64,000 bases of DNA. It comes from an uncultured Chloroflexia bacterium (GTDB lineage: Bacteria; Chloroflexota; Limnocylindria; Limnocylindrales; CSP1-4). The stretch spans positions 2,464,001 to 2,528,000 of the forward strand of contig OY970218.1 in the NCBI GenBank assembly GCA_963713975.1. Reading direction: 5' to 3'. The first letter of the stretch is position 1, and every line of letters starts with the position of its first letter. The position numbers were made by a program, and so were the translations under genes. Below the pieces are notes generated by a model. It ran no database searches. It was not told the origin of the DNA and saw only the letters and a program-made list of their open reading frames with translations. Below, in pieces: positions 38,389-47,997 of the stretch.

Positions 38389-39329
38389 CCGCACCGTCGA
38401 TCCCGCTCGAGATCGGGCTCAGCCTGCCCACCTGGCCGCGGGCCGACCGGACGTATGCCTCGTGGCCGGAGCTGCGCGCGCTCGCGCTCGAGGCCGAAGC
38501 GATGGGCGTCGACACGCTGTGGGCCCCGGACCACCTCCAGCGCGACCTCGCGTCCGGGGAGCGGATCGGGTTCTGGGAGTGCTGGACCATCGTCACCGCG
38601 GTCGCGGAGGCCACCACCACGATCGGCATCGGGCCGTACGTGGCCTGCACCGGGTTCCGCAACCCGGCGCTGCTGGCCAAGATGGCGGTCACGCTGGACG
38701 AGGTGAGCGGCGGACGGCTGGTCCTGGGCCTCGGCAGCGGGGTGCCGGACCGCGACACGAGCTGGCAGGCGTATGGCTTCGACGCCGAACGGCCGGTCGC
38801 ACGGTACGCGGAGGCCGTCGAGGTGATCTCGCGCATGCTGCGCGAGTCGTCCGTGACGTTCGCGGGGACGTTCTTCCGCGCCGACGACGCGCAGATCATC
38901 CCGAGCGGAACCGCCGCCGGGCCGCCCGTCTGGGTGGCCGGGCTGGGCGACCGGACCAGCCGCGTGGCCGCGACCTTCGGGGACGCGATCAACGTCAACC
39001 TCCCGCTGTGCGGGCCCGCGGACATGGCGCGGGTCGCCGACATCGCCGCCCGGGCCTGCGCCGCGGTCGGTCGCGATCCGGACACCCTGGGGCTGACCGG
39101 CTGGGGCCGGCTGGTGCTGGACGAGGACGGGAACGCGCTCGATCGTGACGGGTGCCTCAGCGGATCCCCGGCCGAGGTTGCCGCCACGGTTCGCGGGTTC
39201 GCCGAGGCAGGGCTGCGGCACATGACCTTCCACGTGGGCGCGCCGGACGACCCGAGCCGGTTGCCGGCCCTGACGCCGGCGACCCTGGCCCGCTTCGGCA
39301 CGGTGCTGGAGGCCATCCGTGCGGCCTGA
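38385..39329 (+). CDS. LLM-class flavin/F420-dependent oxidoreductase
   Basis: LWAPDH, RNPALLAKMAVTLDEVSGGRLVLGLG. Confidence 0.9.
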   Translation: MTAPSIPLEIGLSLPTWPRADRTYASWPELRALALEAEAMGVDTLWAPDHLQRDLASGERIGFWECWTIVTAVAEATTTIGIGPYVACTGFRNPALLAKMAVTLDEVSGGRLVLGLGSGVPDRDTSWQAYGFDAERPVARYAEAVEVISRMLRESSVTFAGTFFRADDAQIIPSGTAAGPPVWVAGLGDRTSRVAATFGDAINVNLPLCGPADMARVADIAARACAAVGRDPDTLGLTGWGRLVLDEDGNALDRDGCLSGSPAEVAATVRGFAEAGLRHMTFHVGAPDDPSRLPALTPATLARFGTVLEAIRAA

Positions 39330-39373
39330 GCCGCGCCGGGACACCGCCGCCGTACCGGTACACTGCCGCCGCC

Positions 39374-40198
39374 ATGGACACCCAGCACGCGCTCCTCGCC
39401 GATCGCGTCGCCGGGCTGCTCGCCGGGGAGCCCGAGGTCAGGGCCGTGGCGCTCGGTGGGTCCCGCGGCGCCGGCGGCGTGGCCTGGGACGAGTGGTCCG
39501 ATATGGACCTCGAGGTCTTCACGCGGTCTCCGCTCTCGGATGCCACGCGCGCGCGCGTCCTCGACCTGGCCGGCGCCCCATCACGCGCGCTCCCGCTCCG
39601 CGACTTCTGGGGGTCCGCGGACGAGTGGCGGGACCCTGAAACCGGGATCAACGTCGACGTCACCTACTTCGACGCGGCGTGGATGGCGGACCAGCTGGAC
39701 CGCGTGCTCGTCCGGCACGAGCCGTCACTGGGCTACAGCACCTGCTTCTGGCACACCATCCGCGGCTGCGAGCCGCTCTTCGACCGCGACGGCTGGCTTG
39801 GCGACCTGCGCGAGCGGGCGGCCGTCGACTACCCGGAGGCCCTCCGCCACAACATCGTGGACCACAACCTGCGGGCCCTGCGAGGGTTCGCCTCGGCGTG
39901 GGAGGAGCAGGTCGGGCGGGCCGCGCGACGCGGCGACCTCGTCTCCGTCAACCACCGTCTCACCGGGCTGCTCGCGAGCTACTTCGACGTGCTGTTCGCG
40001 CTCAACCGGGTGCCCCATCCGGGCGAGAAGCGCCTCCTCTGCGCGGCCGTCGGCCTGTGCCCGAGGCGTCCTCCCGAGATGGAGCCCGCGGTGACCGAGG
40101 TGCTCCGGACGGCCACGAGTGACCTTGCCGGCCTGCCGGATCGCGTCGGGCGCCTTCTTGATTCGCTCGTGGCGATCACCGGCAGTCTCGACCGCTAG
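39374..40198 (+). CDS. Nucleotidyltransferase-fold protein (DUF4037-like)
   Basis: LGGSRG...SDMDL motif and HPGEKRL; TACACT upstream. Confidence 0.8.
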   Translation: MDTQHALLADRVAGLLAGEPEVRAVALGGSRGAGGVAWDEWSDMDLEVFTRSPLSDATRARVLDLAGAPSRALPLRDFWGSADEWRDPETGINVDVTYFDAAWMADQLDRVLVRHEPSLGYSTCFWHTIRGCEPLFDRDGWLGDLRERAAVDYPEALRHNIVDHNLRALRGFASAWEEQVGRAARRGDLVSVNHRLTGLLASYFDVLFALNRVPHPGEKRLLCAAVGLCPRRPPEMEPAVTEVLRTATSDLAGLPDRVGRLLDSLVAITGSLDR

Positions 40199-40359
40199 TG
40201 CTTACCACGTTGTGTCAGCAGACCACCAGAGTAGTGTCGCGCGGTCGGAACCGACATCAACTTGGAACGCGACCCCGACCCGCAGCACAAGGCCCAGACG
40301 AGGCGTCCCAGAGTCTGGCGGTCGCGGTTGGGCCGGTCGAATGAGGTGGGAGAGTCGCC

Positions 40360-41040
40360 ATGAGACGCCCCAATGTCCTTGCTGTCATTACCTTGGTTCT
40401 CGTCGGTAGCCTGGGCGTTCCCGAGCCGGTCTCTGCGGAGTCTTGCCGGCCCGTCATGCCCGATCACGCCCGCAATGCTCGCGGCTACACGTTTCGGGCG
40501 AGAATCACGGACATTCGCCTTGAGGGTAATGATCCGTCGCTGACGTACATCACGATGGCGATCGAGAAGGTGTACGCCAACCAGGATAGCGAGCGGCTTC
40601 GAGCCGGGGCGAGCATCGAGGTGTATTCCAACCCGTGCGACGGCTTTGGACTCCTGGGCCTCGAAGTCAAATACGAGATCCTCATGAGCACGAAGTATCT
40701 GGAGGCCGGTGACGGTCCGGGAACCTGGAACACGGCCCTCTGGCAGGTTGACGGCGACAGAGTCCGTCTCGCTGTCCTGAAGGGCGAGGAGTTCGACAAG
40801 ATCTGGTACACGACGGACCGTCGCATCGCGAAAGCCGACACGCTGCAGGAGGCTCTCGCCTTGGTCGCGCCGAGGGCAATCGGCATGCCTGACACAGCGA
40901 CGGAAGTGGTCAGGAACTCCCTCGTGCCAGCCTGGCCGGCGCTTCTGGCCGGTATCGGCGCCTTAATTCTCGCCACCCTGGGGCTCCGCGGCAGGAATCG
41001 TAGCGAGACGCGGTCAAGGCAAGATCGGAAACTGGGGTAG
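40360..41040 (+). CDS. Passenger gene: secreted protein with a putative sortase sorting signal
   Basis: Signal peptide, two Cys, C-terminal MPDTAT followed by a TM helix and Arg-rich tail. Confidence 0.75.
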   Translation: MRRPNVLAVITLVLVGSLGVPEPVSAESCRPVMPDHARNARGYTFRARITDIRLEGNDPSLTYITMAIEKVYANQDSERLRAGASIEVYSNPCDGFGLLGLEVKYEILMSTKYLEAGDGPGTWNTALWQVDGDRVRLAVLKGEEFDKIWYTTDRRIAKADTLQEALALVAPRAIGMPDTATEVVRNSLVPAWPALLAGIGALILATLGLRGRNRSETRSRQDRKLG

Positions 41041-41523
41041 ATCCGCCGCCTCGCGCACGACAGACAGCGGAACGGGCGCTCGGTTCGTACCAAGCCCAAG
41101 CAGCGTCTGGAATGCCAACTGGGGGTTGCCGCGGCGGTTGTGACGGAACACGAACTCATTGAGATACGCCTGCAGTTGAGCGCGGCTCACGCCGTGGAAC
41201 GTGCCGAGAAGCCACTGCTTCATGTTCCCCTCCTGCGTGAAGTCCGGGATTACCTCCATGCGGACGCGTCCAGAACCTGTGCCGCGGCGCTCGACGGCGA
41301 CGATCACGAGCGCCGCCTTGCGGCCTTTGAGTTGGCGGCTGCCCCGGAGTCCAGCTTGGGGGCCGCCGACCCACGTCTCGTCCATCTCGATGATCCCGCT
41401 CAACTTCTCGCGGTCCGGGACGACCATCGCCCGACGCAACTTGTGGAGGAGCAGCCAGGCGGCGTTGTAACTGAGGTCGAGTTGGAACGCGCGGAGTGAG
41501 AGCGGAAAATCGGGTCGTGCCAT
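41014..41523 (-). pseudogene. IS1595-family transposase with two in-frame internal deletions
   Basis: AWLLLHKLRRAM, EMDETWVGG, GTFHGVS...YLNEFVFRHNRR; the N-terminal Zn ribbon and the central TD motif are absent. Confidence 0.85.
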
Positions 41524-41668
41524 GACTCGACCCTACATGTGGTGGTCTGCTGACACAACGGGGTAAGCACTCGACCGCTAGCAGGCCGGCGCCAGACCGA
41601 CGCGCGTTCGCGCAATCCGTGCAAGGATCGCGCCGGCGCACCGCGCAGGCCGGTGCCGGACGGAGGGG

Positions 41669-43345
41669 ATGAGCGTGATCGGTCGGGCGCGACCCGTGCT
41701 CGGTCGGGCGCGACCCGTCCTCGTCACCATCGCCAGCGTGATCCTGCCCGGATCGGGCCACCTTGCGATCGGCAAGCGACGCATCGCCCTGCTGTTCCTT
41801 GTTCCCACGATCCTCGTGATGCTGGCCGTCGCGGCGTGGGCGGCATCCAGCGGCGCCTTTGGCGTGGCCGCCGCGCTCGTCACGCCTGGCGCGCTGACCT
41901 TCCTGTTCGCGGCCAACATCCTCGTGGCGGGGTGGCGGACGTCCGCCGCCGTGGACGCGGTGGGGAGGACGTCACCCAGCCGGCCGGCGCTGGCGGGGTC
42001 CATCCTGGCGATCGTGATCCTGGTTGGAGTCCCGCACCTGCTTGCGGCCACCACCATCGTCGCCACGGAATCCTTCCTGGACGAGACGTTCGCCGGCATG
42101 GATCCCACATCCGGGCCCGACACCGCGGCCGCCGAGACGCCCGTCCCCGAGTTCACGGAGCCCCCAGAGGAGACCGAATCGCCACCCGGCATGACACCCG
42201 GGCCATCGCCGTCGGGCTCTGCCGTCCCAACCCCGTCACCGACACCCGTGATCCCGCCCTACCCGAAGGACGGAGGAAACGGGACGCTCCCGGCGTTCGG
42301 CGTGTCCGTGCCATGGCAGCGCGCGGGTGTGGAGCCGTGGGGCAACGACGGGCGGTTCGACCTGCTCCTGATCGGGTCCGACGCCGGTGCCGGCCGCTGG
42401 AGCCGGCGCAACGACACGATGCTCCTGGTCGAGGTGGACGTGGCGACGGGCAAGACCGCGATGATCGGCCTGCCGCGCAACCTGCAGAACGCGCCATACC
42501 CGCCCGGGCCGGCGCGCGACGCGTCCGCCTGTGGCTGTCAGCCAGGGCTGCTCAACGAGATGTACGTCGAGGCGACGGGGCGCAACCCGGGTCTCTGGCC
42601 GGGCAAGGGGGCGGTCAAGGGGATCGGGGCGATCCGGTCGGTCGTGAGCACCCTCACCGGCCGTCCCATCGACGCCGTGCTGATCGTGGACCTCATCGGC
42701 GTCGTCCGGGTCGTGGACGCGATGGGCGGCGTGGACATCAACGTTCCCGAGGCCGTCGTCGACGACTCGTATCCGGATCCCGGCCGGGGCAAGATCAAGC
42801 TGCGCATCAAGGCCGGCAAGCAGCACTTCGACGGGCGGGAAGCGCTCGCCTACGCCCGCAGCCGCCACATGGACAGCGACTACGGCCGGATGGAGCGCCA
42901 GCAGTTCCTGTTGCTGGCCATGCGCCAGCAGCTGGGACCGTCGGTGATCCTCAATGCCCCCGCCCTGTTCGCCGCAGCCAAGGGAGCCGCCTGGACCGAC
43001 CTCCCGCGCGAGAGCCTGCCTGCCCTGGTGGAGCTGTTCGGCAGGACGGCGGACGTCAAGGTCAAGCAGTTGCGGATCGTGCCGCCCCGCTACCCGTCGT
43101 GGATGACCGCCGCCTGGGTCAACCAGGTCCGGAAGGACGTGGCGGCCCTCATCCCGGGACTGCCGGAGCCGCGCCGGATCAGCGTGCCGCGTCCGGTGGC
43201 AACGCCGCGACCCACGCCCAAGCCGACCCCGAAGCCCACTGCGAAGCCGTCCGTGAAGCCCACCAGCACGCCGGCGGAATCGACCCCGGAGCCCACGCCG
43301 AAGCCGACGGCGGAACCGACCCCGGAGCCCACGCCCGAGCCCTGA
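41669..43345 (+). CDS. LCP (LytR-CpsA-Psr) family protein with N-terminal TMs and a PT-rich tail
   Basis: LLIGSD, RNDTM, LPRN, ALAYARSR, SDYGRMERQ. Confidence 0.92.
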   Translation: MSVIGRARPVLGRARPVLVTIASVILPGSGHLAIGKRRIALLFLVPTILVMLAVAAWAASSGAFGVAAALVTPGALTFLFAANILVAGWRTSAAVDAVGRTSPSRPALAGSILAIVILVGVPHLLAATTIVATESFLDETFAGMDPTSGPDTAAAETPVPEFTEPPEETESPPGMTPGPSPSGSAVPTPSPTPVIPPYPKDGGNGTLPAFGVSVPWQRAGVEPWGNDGRFDLLLIGSDAGAGRWSRRNDTMLLVEVDVATGKTAMIGLPRNLQNAPYPPGPARDASACGCQPGLLNEMYVEATGRNPGLWPGKGAVKGIGAIRSVVSTLTGRPIDAVLIVDLIGVVRVVDAMGGVDINVPEAVVDDSYPDPGRGKIKLRIKAGKQHFDGREALAYARSRHMDSDYGRMERQQFLLLAMRQQLGPSVILNAPALFAAAKGAAWTDLPRESLPALVELFGRTADVKVKQLRIVPPRYPSWMTAAWVNQVRKDVAALIPGLPEPRRISVPRPVATPRPTPKPTPKPTAKPSVKPTSTPAESTPEPTPKPTAEPTPEPTPEP

Positions 43346-43351
43346 CGCCGA

Positions 43352-43588
43352 CTACCCCTTCTGGGACATCTGCTTGTCGACTTCCTTCTGGATCTGGTCG
43401 TCGCGCCGGGCCTTGACGCGCCGGGCCAGGAACAGCCCGATGATCCACGGCCACAGCAGGGCAACAATGGCGCCGATCACGACCGCCGCACCGTACTTGA
43501 TCGTCGTGTCGTCGTTCATCGCAAACATGGCCGCCAGGAGCAGGTACGTGACCAGCGCCCCAAGAATGATCCCGATCACCCGATGCAT
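43352..43588 (-). CDS. Small 2-TM membrane protein
   Basis: GGAGG RBS, two hydrophobic helices and a charged tail. Confidence 0.7.
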   Translation of the reverse strand: MHRVIGIILGALVTYLLLAAMFAMNDDTTIKYGAAVVIGAIVALLWPWIIGLFLARRVKARRDDQIQKEVDKQMSQKG

Positions 43589-43702
43589 GACATCCTCCAC
43601 CTCGTACCCGCCAACGCGGGAGTCCAGTATCGGGCTTCGGCACGTGGGCGGGAGGGCGTCGCCGACACCCGGCGGCGCCATCGACCTGACCAAGGAGGCA
43701 GC

Positions 43703-44038
43703 ATGATCGTGTGCGTCCCGGTGACCCCGGACGGCCAGGTTGACCCGCGCTGGGGCCGCGCGCCCCGGGTGGCGGTGGCGCGCCTGGACGACGGCACCAT
43801 CGCTTCATGGGACGAGCATGACGTGGCCTGGGACGTGCTCCACGATGTCGGCACCGAGGGTGGCCATCACGCCCGCGTCGCCCGGTTCCTCGCCGATCAC
43901 GGCGTGGAGGTGGTCGTCGCCGGGCACATGGGTCCGCCGATGGTCCAGATGCTGGGCAAGATGCGGATCATCGCGAAGCTCGGTGTCGAAGGTGACGCCC
44001 GGCATGCCGTCGAGGGTGTGGCCCGACTCGACGCGTAG
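43703..44038 (+). CDS. NifB/NifX-family metal-cluster-binding protein
   Basis: VDPRWGRAP and VVVAGHMG motifs; AAGGAGG RBS. Confidence 0.8.
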   Translation: MIVCVPVTPDGQVDPRWGRAPRVAVARLDDGTIASWDEHDVAWDVLHDVGTEGGHHARVARFLADHGVEVVVAGHMGPPMVQMLGKMRIIAKLGVEGDARHAVEGVARLDA

Positions 44039-44082
44039 CGTGCGCCCGACGGGACGGCGGCGAGTGGTCAACCGGCCGACGA

Positions 44083-44868
44083 TCAGATCGGGACGGTGAA
44101 CGCCACCACCACCACCGCGATCGACGCGAAGATCTCCACGATGCCCACGTGGACGGGCCGCATCGGGCGGGGTCCCCGGGCCATCCGGCGCTGGGCCAGC
44201 GGCAGGCCGATCGCCCTGGCCGTGAGCCCGGCCGCCAGGACCGCGTACGCCGGCGGCAGCCAGACAGCGGCGATGACGATCAGCGCGACGTGGAACCCGA
44301 CCGACAGCCTCGCGAACGCCTCGTTGCCGCGCTCCCGCAGGACCGAGCGCACCACCAGCACCGTCCCAACCTGGTAGCCCGCCAGGACCAGCGTGTACGG
44401 GATGACCCGATCCAGCTCGAACACGCCCGACACGTACGCCGTCGCCGGCAACAGGACCAAGGCCTGCGCCACCTGGACGAGGCTGTTGGCGAGGTCGCGC
44501 CGCGTCCCGGGTTGGGCACCACGGAACACGATGATGCCGGCCGGCACGACCACGATCGCCGCCAGCGCCAGGGCCGGGAAGACCACCAGCAGCAGGACCC
44601 CGAGGATGGCCGCGATCGTCCCGTAGACGGCGATCGGCAGCCGGTATGCAGGCGGGCGACGGGCTCGCGACCACGCCTGGAGCGTCGCGGAGGCGAGGTA
44701 GGCGGCCAGGGCGAGCGCGGCCACGGCGAGCTGCCACGGGTTGGGCGTGCTGGCTGCGACGCCGAGCAGGACCGGGACCAGGAGCATCGCCCAGGCGCCA
44801 TGCTGGCGCGGGATCCACAGCCGGTGGGCAGCGATGGGCCGAGCCTCGGTGCGCGGGACGGTGGTCAT
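44083..44868 (-). CDS. YwiC-like membrane protein
   Basis: WIPRQHGAWAML, VRSVLRER and VGIVEI motifs. Confidence 0.85.
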   Translation of the reverse strand: MTTVPRTEARPIAAHRLWIPRQHGAWAMLLVPVLLGVAASTPNPWQLAVAALALAAYLASATLQAWSRARRPPAYRLPIAVYGTIAAILGVLLLVVFPALALAAIVVVPAGIIVFRGAQPGTRRDLANSLVQVAQALVLLPATAYVSGVFELDRVIPYTLVLAGYQVGTVLVVRSVLRERGNEAFARLSVGFHVALIVIAAVWLPPAYAVLAAGLTARAIGLPLAQRRMARGPRPMRPVHVGIVEIFASIAVVVVAFTVPI

Positions 44869-44931
44869 GGGATCACGCTAGCGCACCGCGGGCGCCGACG
44901 CCGGGCGCGCGCCAACGGCGCGTGTCGCCCA

Positions 44932-45070
44932 CCGGTTGAACGGTCGGGTGCCACCCGGTTCACGCCGCTAGCCGGCACGCTTGTCGGGTGGCTGGGCCCT
45001 GCGCGGCTCCGCGAGCCGACGAATGTGCCGGTGAGCGGCCGGAATCGCGCTCCACCCGATGGTTGAACCG
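44932..45070 (+). repeat. Palindromic dispersed repeat, copy C (139 bp)
   Basis: CCGGTTGAACGGTCGGGTG...CACCCGATGGTTGAACCG. Confidence 0.7.
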
Positions 45071-45148
45071 CCTGGCGGCTCAGCTGGCGCCTGGCGGCTC
45101 AGCTGGCGCCTGGCGGCTCAGGCGGCGCCTGGCGGCTCAGGCGGCGCC
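45069..45148 (+). repeat. Tandem 19-bp repeat, 4 copies
   Basis: CGCCTGGCGGCTCAG(CT/GC)GG at 45069, 45088, 45107 and 45126. Confidence 0.9.
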
Positions 45149-45175
45149 AGGTGCCCCACGCCGCCCACGCCCCGG

Positions 45176-46618
45176 CTACCCGCCCTGCGGGTCCTGGATC
45201 CACGCCGCCAGGTCCGCGACCAGCTCCGGCGCCACGTGCCCGGGCACCGCGTACTCCGCCGGCCGACTGGGACCCGAACCGGACATCAGCAGGTGGTTGA
45301 GCGCCGGGTACTCGTGGATCGCGACGTCATCGCGCCCCGCCAGCGCCGTGCGCCACGCGGCCAGCTCGGTCGGTGGCACCTGGTAGTCCCGACCACCCTG
45401 GGAGATGAAGATCGGGATCGCCAACTCCTTGGCCGTCGCGGCCGGATCGTACGTGCGGAGGTCCAACAGGTACGGCGCCGGGATGCCGAGCGGAAGGTCG
45501 GTCGCCGGCGTCGTCGGTGACAGGTCGGGCGACTCCGCGAGGGCCACCTTGTCCGCGAGGCCATCGAGCATCGCGGCCGCCTGGGGGTCTGCGCCCCCGT
45601 CCGGGGAGGCGAGGTATGTGATCTGGTCCAGGATCAGACTCGGAAGCGAGGACGTGTTCGCCTCGAGGAGGGCGATTCCGGCAACCTTGTCCTCGGCCTG
45701 TGCCGCGATCCGGGGCGCGAGGTGGCCGCCCAGGCTGTGGCCGGCGACGAAGACCCGGCCCGGGTCAACGCCGGGCGTCTGCCGGAGCTGGTCGATCGCG
45801 GCGAGGGCATCGTCGATCGTCTCCTCCTTGACCGTGATGCTCGGGCCCGCAGCTGCCATCTCGGTCCCGTACGCCTTCGTCCGCTTGTCGTAGCGGAGGA
45901 CGGCGATCCCGGACGAGGCCAGACCCCAGGCGAGGTCCCGCAATGGCGCGTTCGGCCCGATCGTCTCGTCGCGGTCATTCTGCCCGGAGCCCGCCAGCAG
46001 CACGACGGCCGGGAAGGGACCGTCGCCCGTGGGCATCGAGAGCGTGCCCGGCAGGACCCACGGCGCCGTACCGACGGTCACCTCGGTCTCGGTGAACGCG
46101 TCGGGCCGCACGTAGGCGGCGGGGGAGGGGACGGCGGACGACGAGCCCGACGGTGCCGCGGAGCTCGCCGGTCCCGGCTCGCCCAGGTGGAGGCCCGCGA
46201 CCAGCCCGTCGGCATCCACGGTGACCACCATCGGCAGCGTGGCGTTCGCGAATGCCACCTGCACCGTCGCGTTCGTGTACGGCGCCTGCTCCGCAGTCGT
46301 CACCTCGCCGATGCTGCCGAAGTCGCCGAACTGGCCCGTGAGCTGCCCCCACAGCTGGGCGAGCGATGCGGCCGGGGCCGCCTTGCGCATGGTGTCGCCC
46401 TCCATCGCCTCGGCGGCGACGAGGTCACCGCGGGCGAGGGCATCGATGAAGGCACGGCCGATGGCGGCGGGATCGCCGGATCCCGGGGCGGCCAGGGACG
46501 CACCTCCTGATGGCGCGGCCGCGCTCGGCGACGCCTCCTCGGGCGGCTGGCTGGCCGTGCCCGAGGCACATGCGGCGAGGATGAGCGAGACAACGGCGAC
46601 GAGCATCAGGCGAACCAC
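45176..46618 (-). CDS. Alpha/beta hydrolase lipoprotein with an N-terminal DUF3887-like domain
   Basis: Lipobox LAAC, GSGQNDRDE, GHSLGG nucleophile elbow, DYQV, LNHL; GGAGG RBS before the GTG. Confidence 0.88.
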   Translation of the reverse strand: MVRLMLVAVVSLILAACASGTASQPPEEASPSAAAPSGGASLAAPGSGDPAAIGRAFIDALARGDLVAAEAMEGDTMRKAAPAASLAQLWGQLTGQFGDFGSIGEVTTAEQAPYTNATVQVAFANATLPMVVTVDADGLVAGLHLGEPGPASSAAPSGSSSAVPSPAAYVRPDAFTETEVTVGTAPWVLPGTLSMPTGDGPFPAVVLLAGSGQNDRDETIGPNAPLRDLAWGLASSGIAVLRYDKRTKAYGTEMAAAGPSITVKEETIDDALAAIDQLRQTPGVDPGRVFVAGHSLGGHLAPRIAAQAEDKVAGIALLEANTSSLPSLILDQITYLASPDGGADPQAAAMLDGLADKVALAESPDLSPTTPATDLPLGIPAPYLLDLRTYDPAATAKELAIPIFISQGGRDYQVPPTELAAWRTALAGRDDVAIHEYPALNHLLMSGSGPSRPAEYAVPGHVAPELVADLAAWIQDPQGG

Positions 46619-46769
46619 GGTGAACCTCCAATGCCTGACATGATGCCCCGGGCTCGCAGGGCTCGCCGGGATGGGGGTGCCGGGATGGGGTGCCGGCTTG
46701 CCCCGGACCCGGCCACTCGTCCCGGACTGGTCGTGACACGTGGCCCTCACCCGCGACGTGTCGTCTATC

Positions 46770-46784
46770 TATGCTATTGGCATA
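46770..46784. promoter_or_regulatory. Candidate PadR operator overlapping the -10 and start codon
   Basis: Palindrome TATGC-N5-GCATA in a locally AT-rich patch. Confidence 0.5.
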
Positions 46785-47206
46785 TGAATGACGAAACCCG
46801 CCACACACGCCACCACGGCAACGAGCCGCACGGGCACCACGGCCACCAGGGCTGGGTTCGCCAGGGCGGCAGGCGCGGTCGCTGGCTGGAGCCGTTCCTG
46901 CTGCTGCTGGTCGCCGAGGACGAGGCGCACGGGTACTCCCTCATCCGCCAGCTGAACGACCTCGGGGTTGCACCCGGTGAGGTTGACGTGGGGATGGTCT
47001 ATCGGACGCTGCGCGAGCTTGAGGCGGAAGGCCTCATCGAGTCGACCTGGGCCGCCGAGAGTGGCGCGCCGCGACGCGACTACCGCGTGACGCCCGATGG
47101 GAGGCTGGCCCTTGCGGAGTGGGCTGCTGTCATGGATGAACGGGCACGGCTGATCGCCGAATTCCAGCCGCGCTATGCGCGCCTTGGGGCGCGCGAAGGA
47201 GGTTGA
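46784..47206 (+). CDS. PadR-family regulator with a His-rich N-terminus
   Basis: HGYSLI...VYRTLRELEAEGLIES.W...RRDYRVT. Confidence 0.9.
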   Translation: MNDETRHTRHHGNEPHGHHGHQGWVRQGGRRGRWLEPFLLLLVAEDEAHGYSLIRQLNDLGVAPGEVDVGMVYRTLRELEAEGLIESTWAAESGAPRRDYRVTPDGRLALAEWAAVMDERARLIAEFQPRYARLGAREGG

Positions 47207-47207
47207 T

Positions 47208-47432
47208 ATGGGTTGCCGGCATGGATGCGAGCACGACTGGTACGAGGACGGGGAGTGGCAGGTGCGTCGTCGGCCGGCCCGGCGCTGGGCGTCGGGGGAC
47301 GAGGAGCGCACCGCGGTGGACCAGCGCCCTGCAACAGCGGCCCTCGAGGGGAGGCTGGACGACCTCCAGGAGGAGCTCGGCCAGATCAAGGCGATGCTCG
47401 CGGAGGCGGCGCTGACGAGAGGGACGGGATGA
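47208..47432 (+). CDS. Small protein with a Cys/His N-terminus and a coiled-coil C-terminus
   Basis: AAGGAGG RBS; MGCRHGCEH...LEGRLDDLQEELGQIKAML. Confidence 0.65.
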   Translation: MGCRHGCEHDWYEDGEWQVRRRPARRWASGDEERTAVDQRPATAALEGRLDDLQEELGQIKAMLAEAALTRGTG

Positions 47433-47953
47433 TGACCACATATGCCACCGTCTCCCACGCGCACCACGACCAGCTGCACAGGATCGTGGACCAGCTCAAC
47501 ACCCTGGGCGACTGCTCGGACGGTGACTGCCTGGACACGACCAGGCTGATCACGGCGAGGCCGGCCATCGAGGAGATCTACGAGGGCCTCCGCACGCGGC
47601 TCCTCCCGCACATGGAGGCCGTCGAGGCCGCCGTCTACCCGACCCTGGAGCGGCTGCTGTGCGATCGCGTCGCCACGGTGATGATGCGGCACGACCACGA
47701 CGAGATCCGCCGCCTGTCGTTCGCCATCGGGGGCTTCGTGGAGCACCCCGAGGCGGAGGTCAACCGTGGCACCGTCCTGCTGATGCGCCGGTCCCTGCTG
47801 CGGTTGTACGCGATCCTCAAGGCGCACCTCGCGGAGGAGGAGCTCTACGTCCCGATCCTCGAGGGCACCATGTCCAGCGCCCAGGCGGCGGAGATCGTGG
47901 TCGCCCTCGACCACGTTGCCGCCAGGAACCAAATCGCAGCGGGCGTCGCCTGA
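47429..47953 (+). CDS. Hemerythrin/HHE-domain protein
   Basis: HHDQL, HMEAVE..VYP, HDHDEI, HLAEEE.Y.P. Confidence 0.85.
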   Translation: MMTTYATVSHAHHDQLHRIVDQLNTLGDCSDGDCLDTTRLITARPAIEEIYEGLRTRLLPHMEAVEAAVYPTLERLLCDRVATVMMRHDHDEIRRLSFAIGGFVEHPEAEVNRGTVLLMRRSLLRLYAILKAHLAEEELYVPILEGTMSSAQAAEIVVALDHVAARNQIAAGVA

Positions 47954-47997
47954 CGCTCGCGCACCTGCACGCACCCCTTACCAGGAGCAAGCCACCC

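Larger units (their letters stand above)
40197..41571 (-). mobile_element. Non-autonomous IS1595-family element carrying a passenger gene (1375 bp)
   Basis: 32-bp TIRs at 40197-40228 and 41540-41571 (31/32 identical); 8-bp TSD CGACCGCT at 40189-40196 and 41572-41579. Confidence 0.9.

Noticed and set aside
45069-45148. CRISPR array
   Set aside because: Contiguous 19-bp units with no unique spacers and no cas genes
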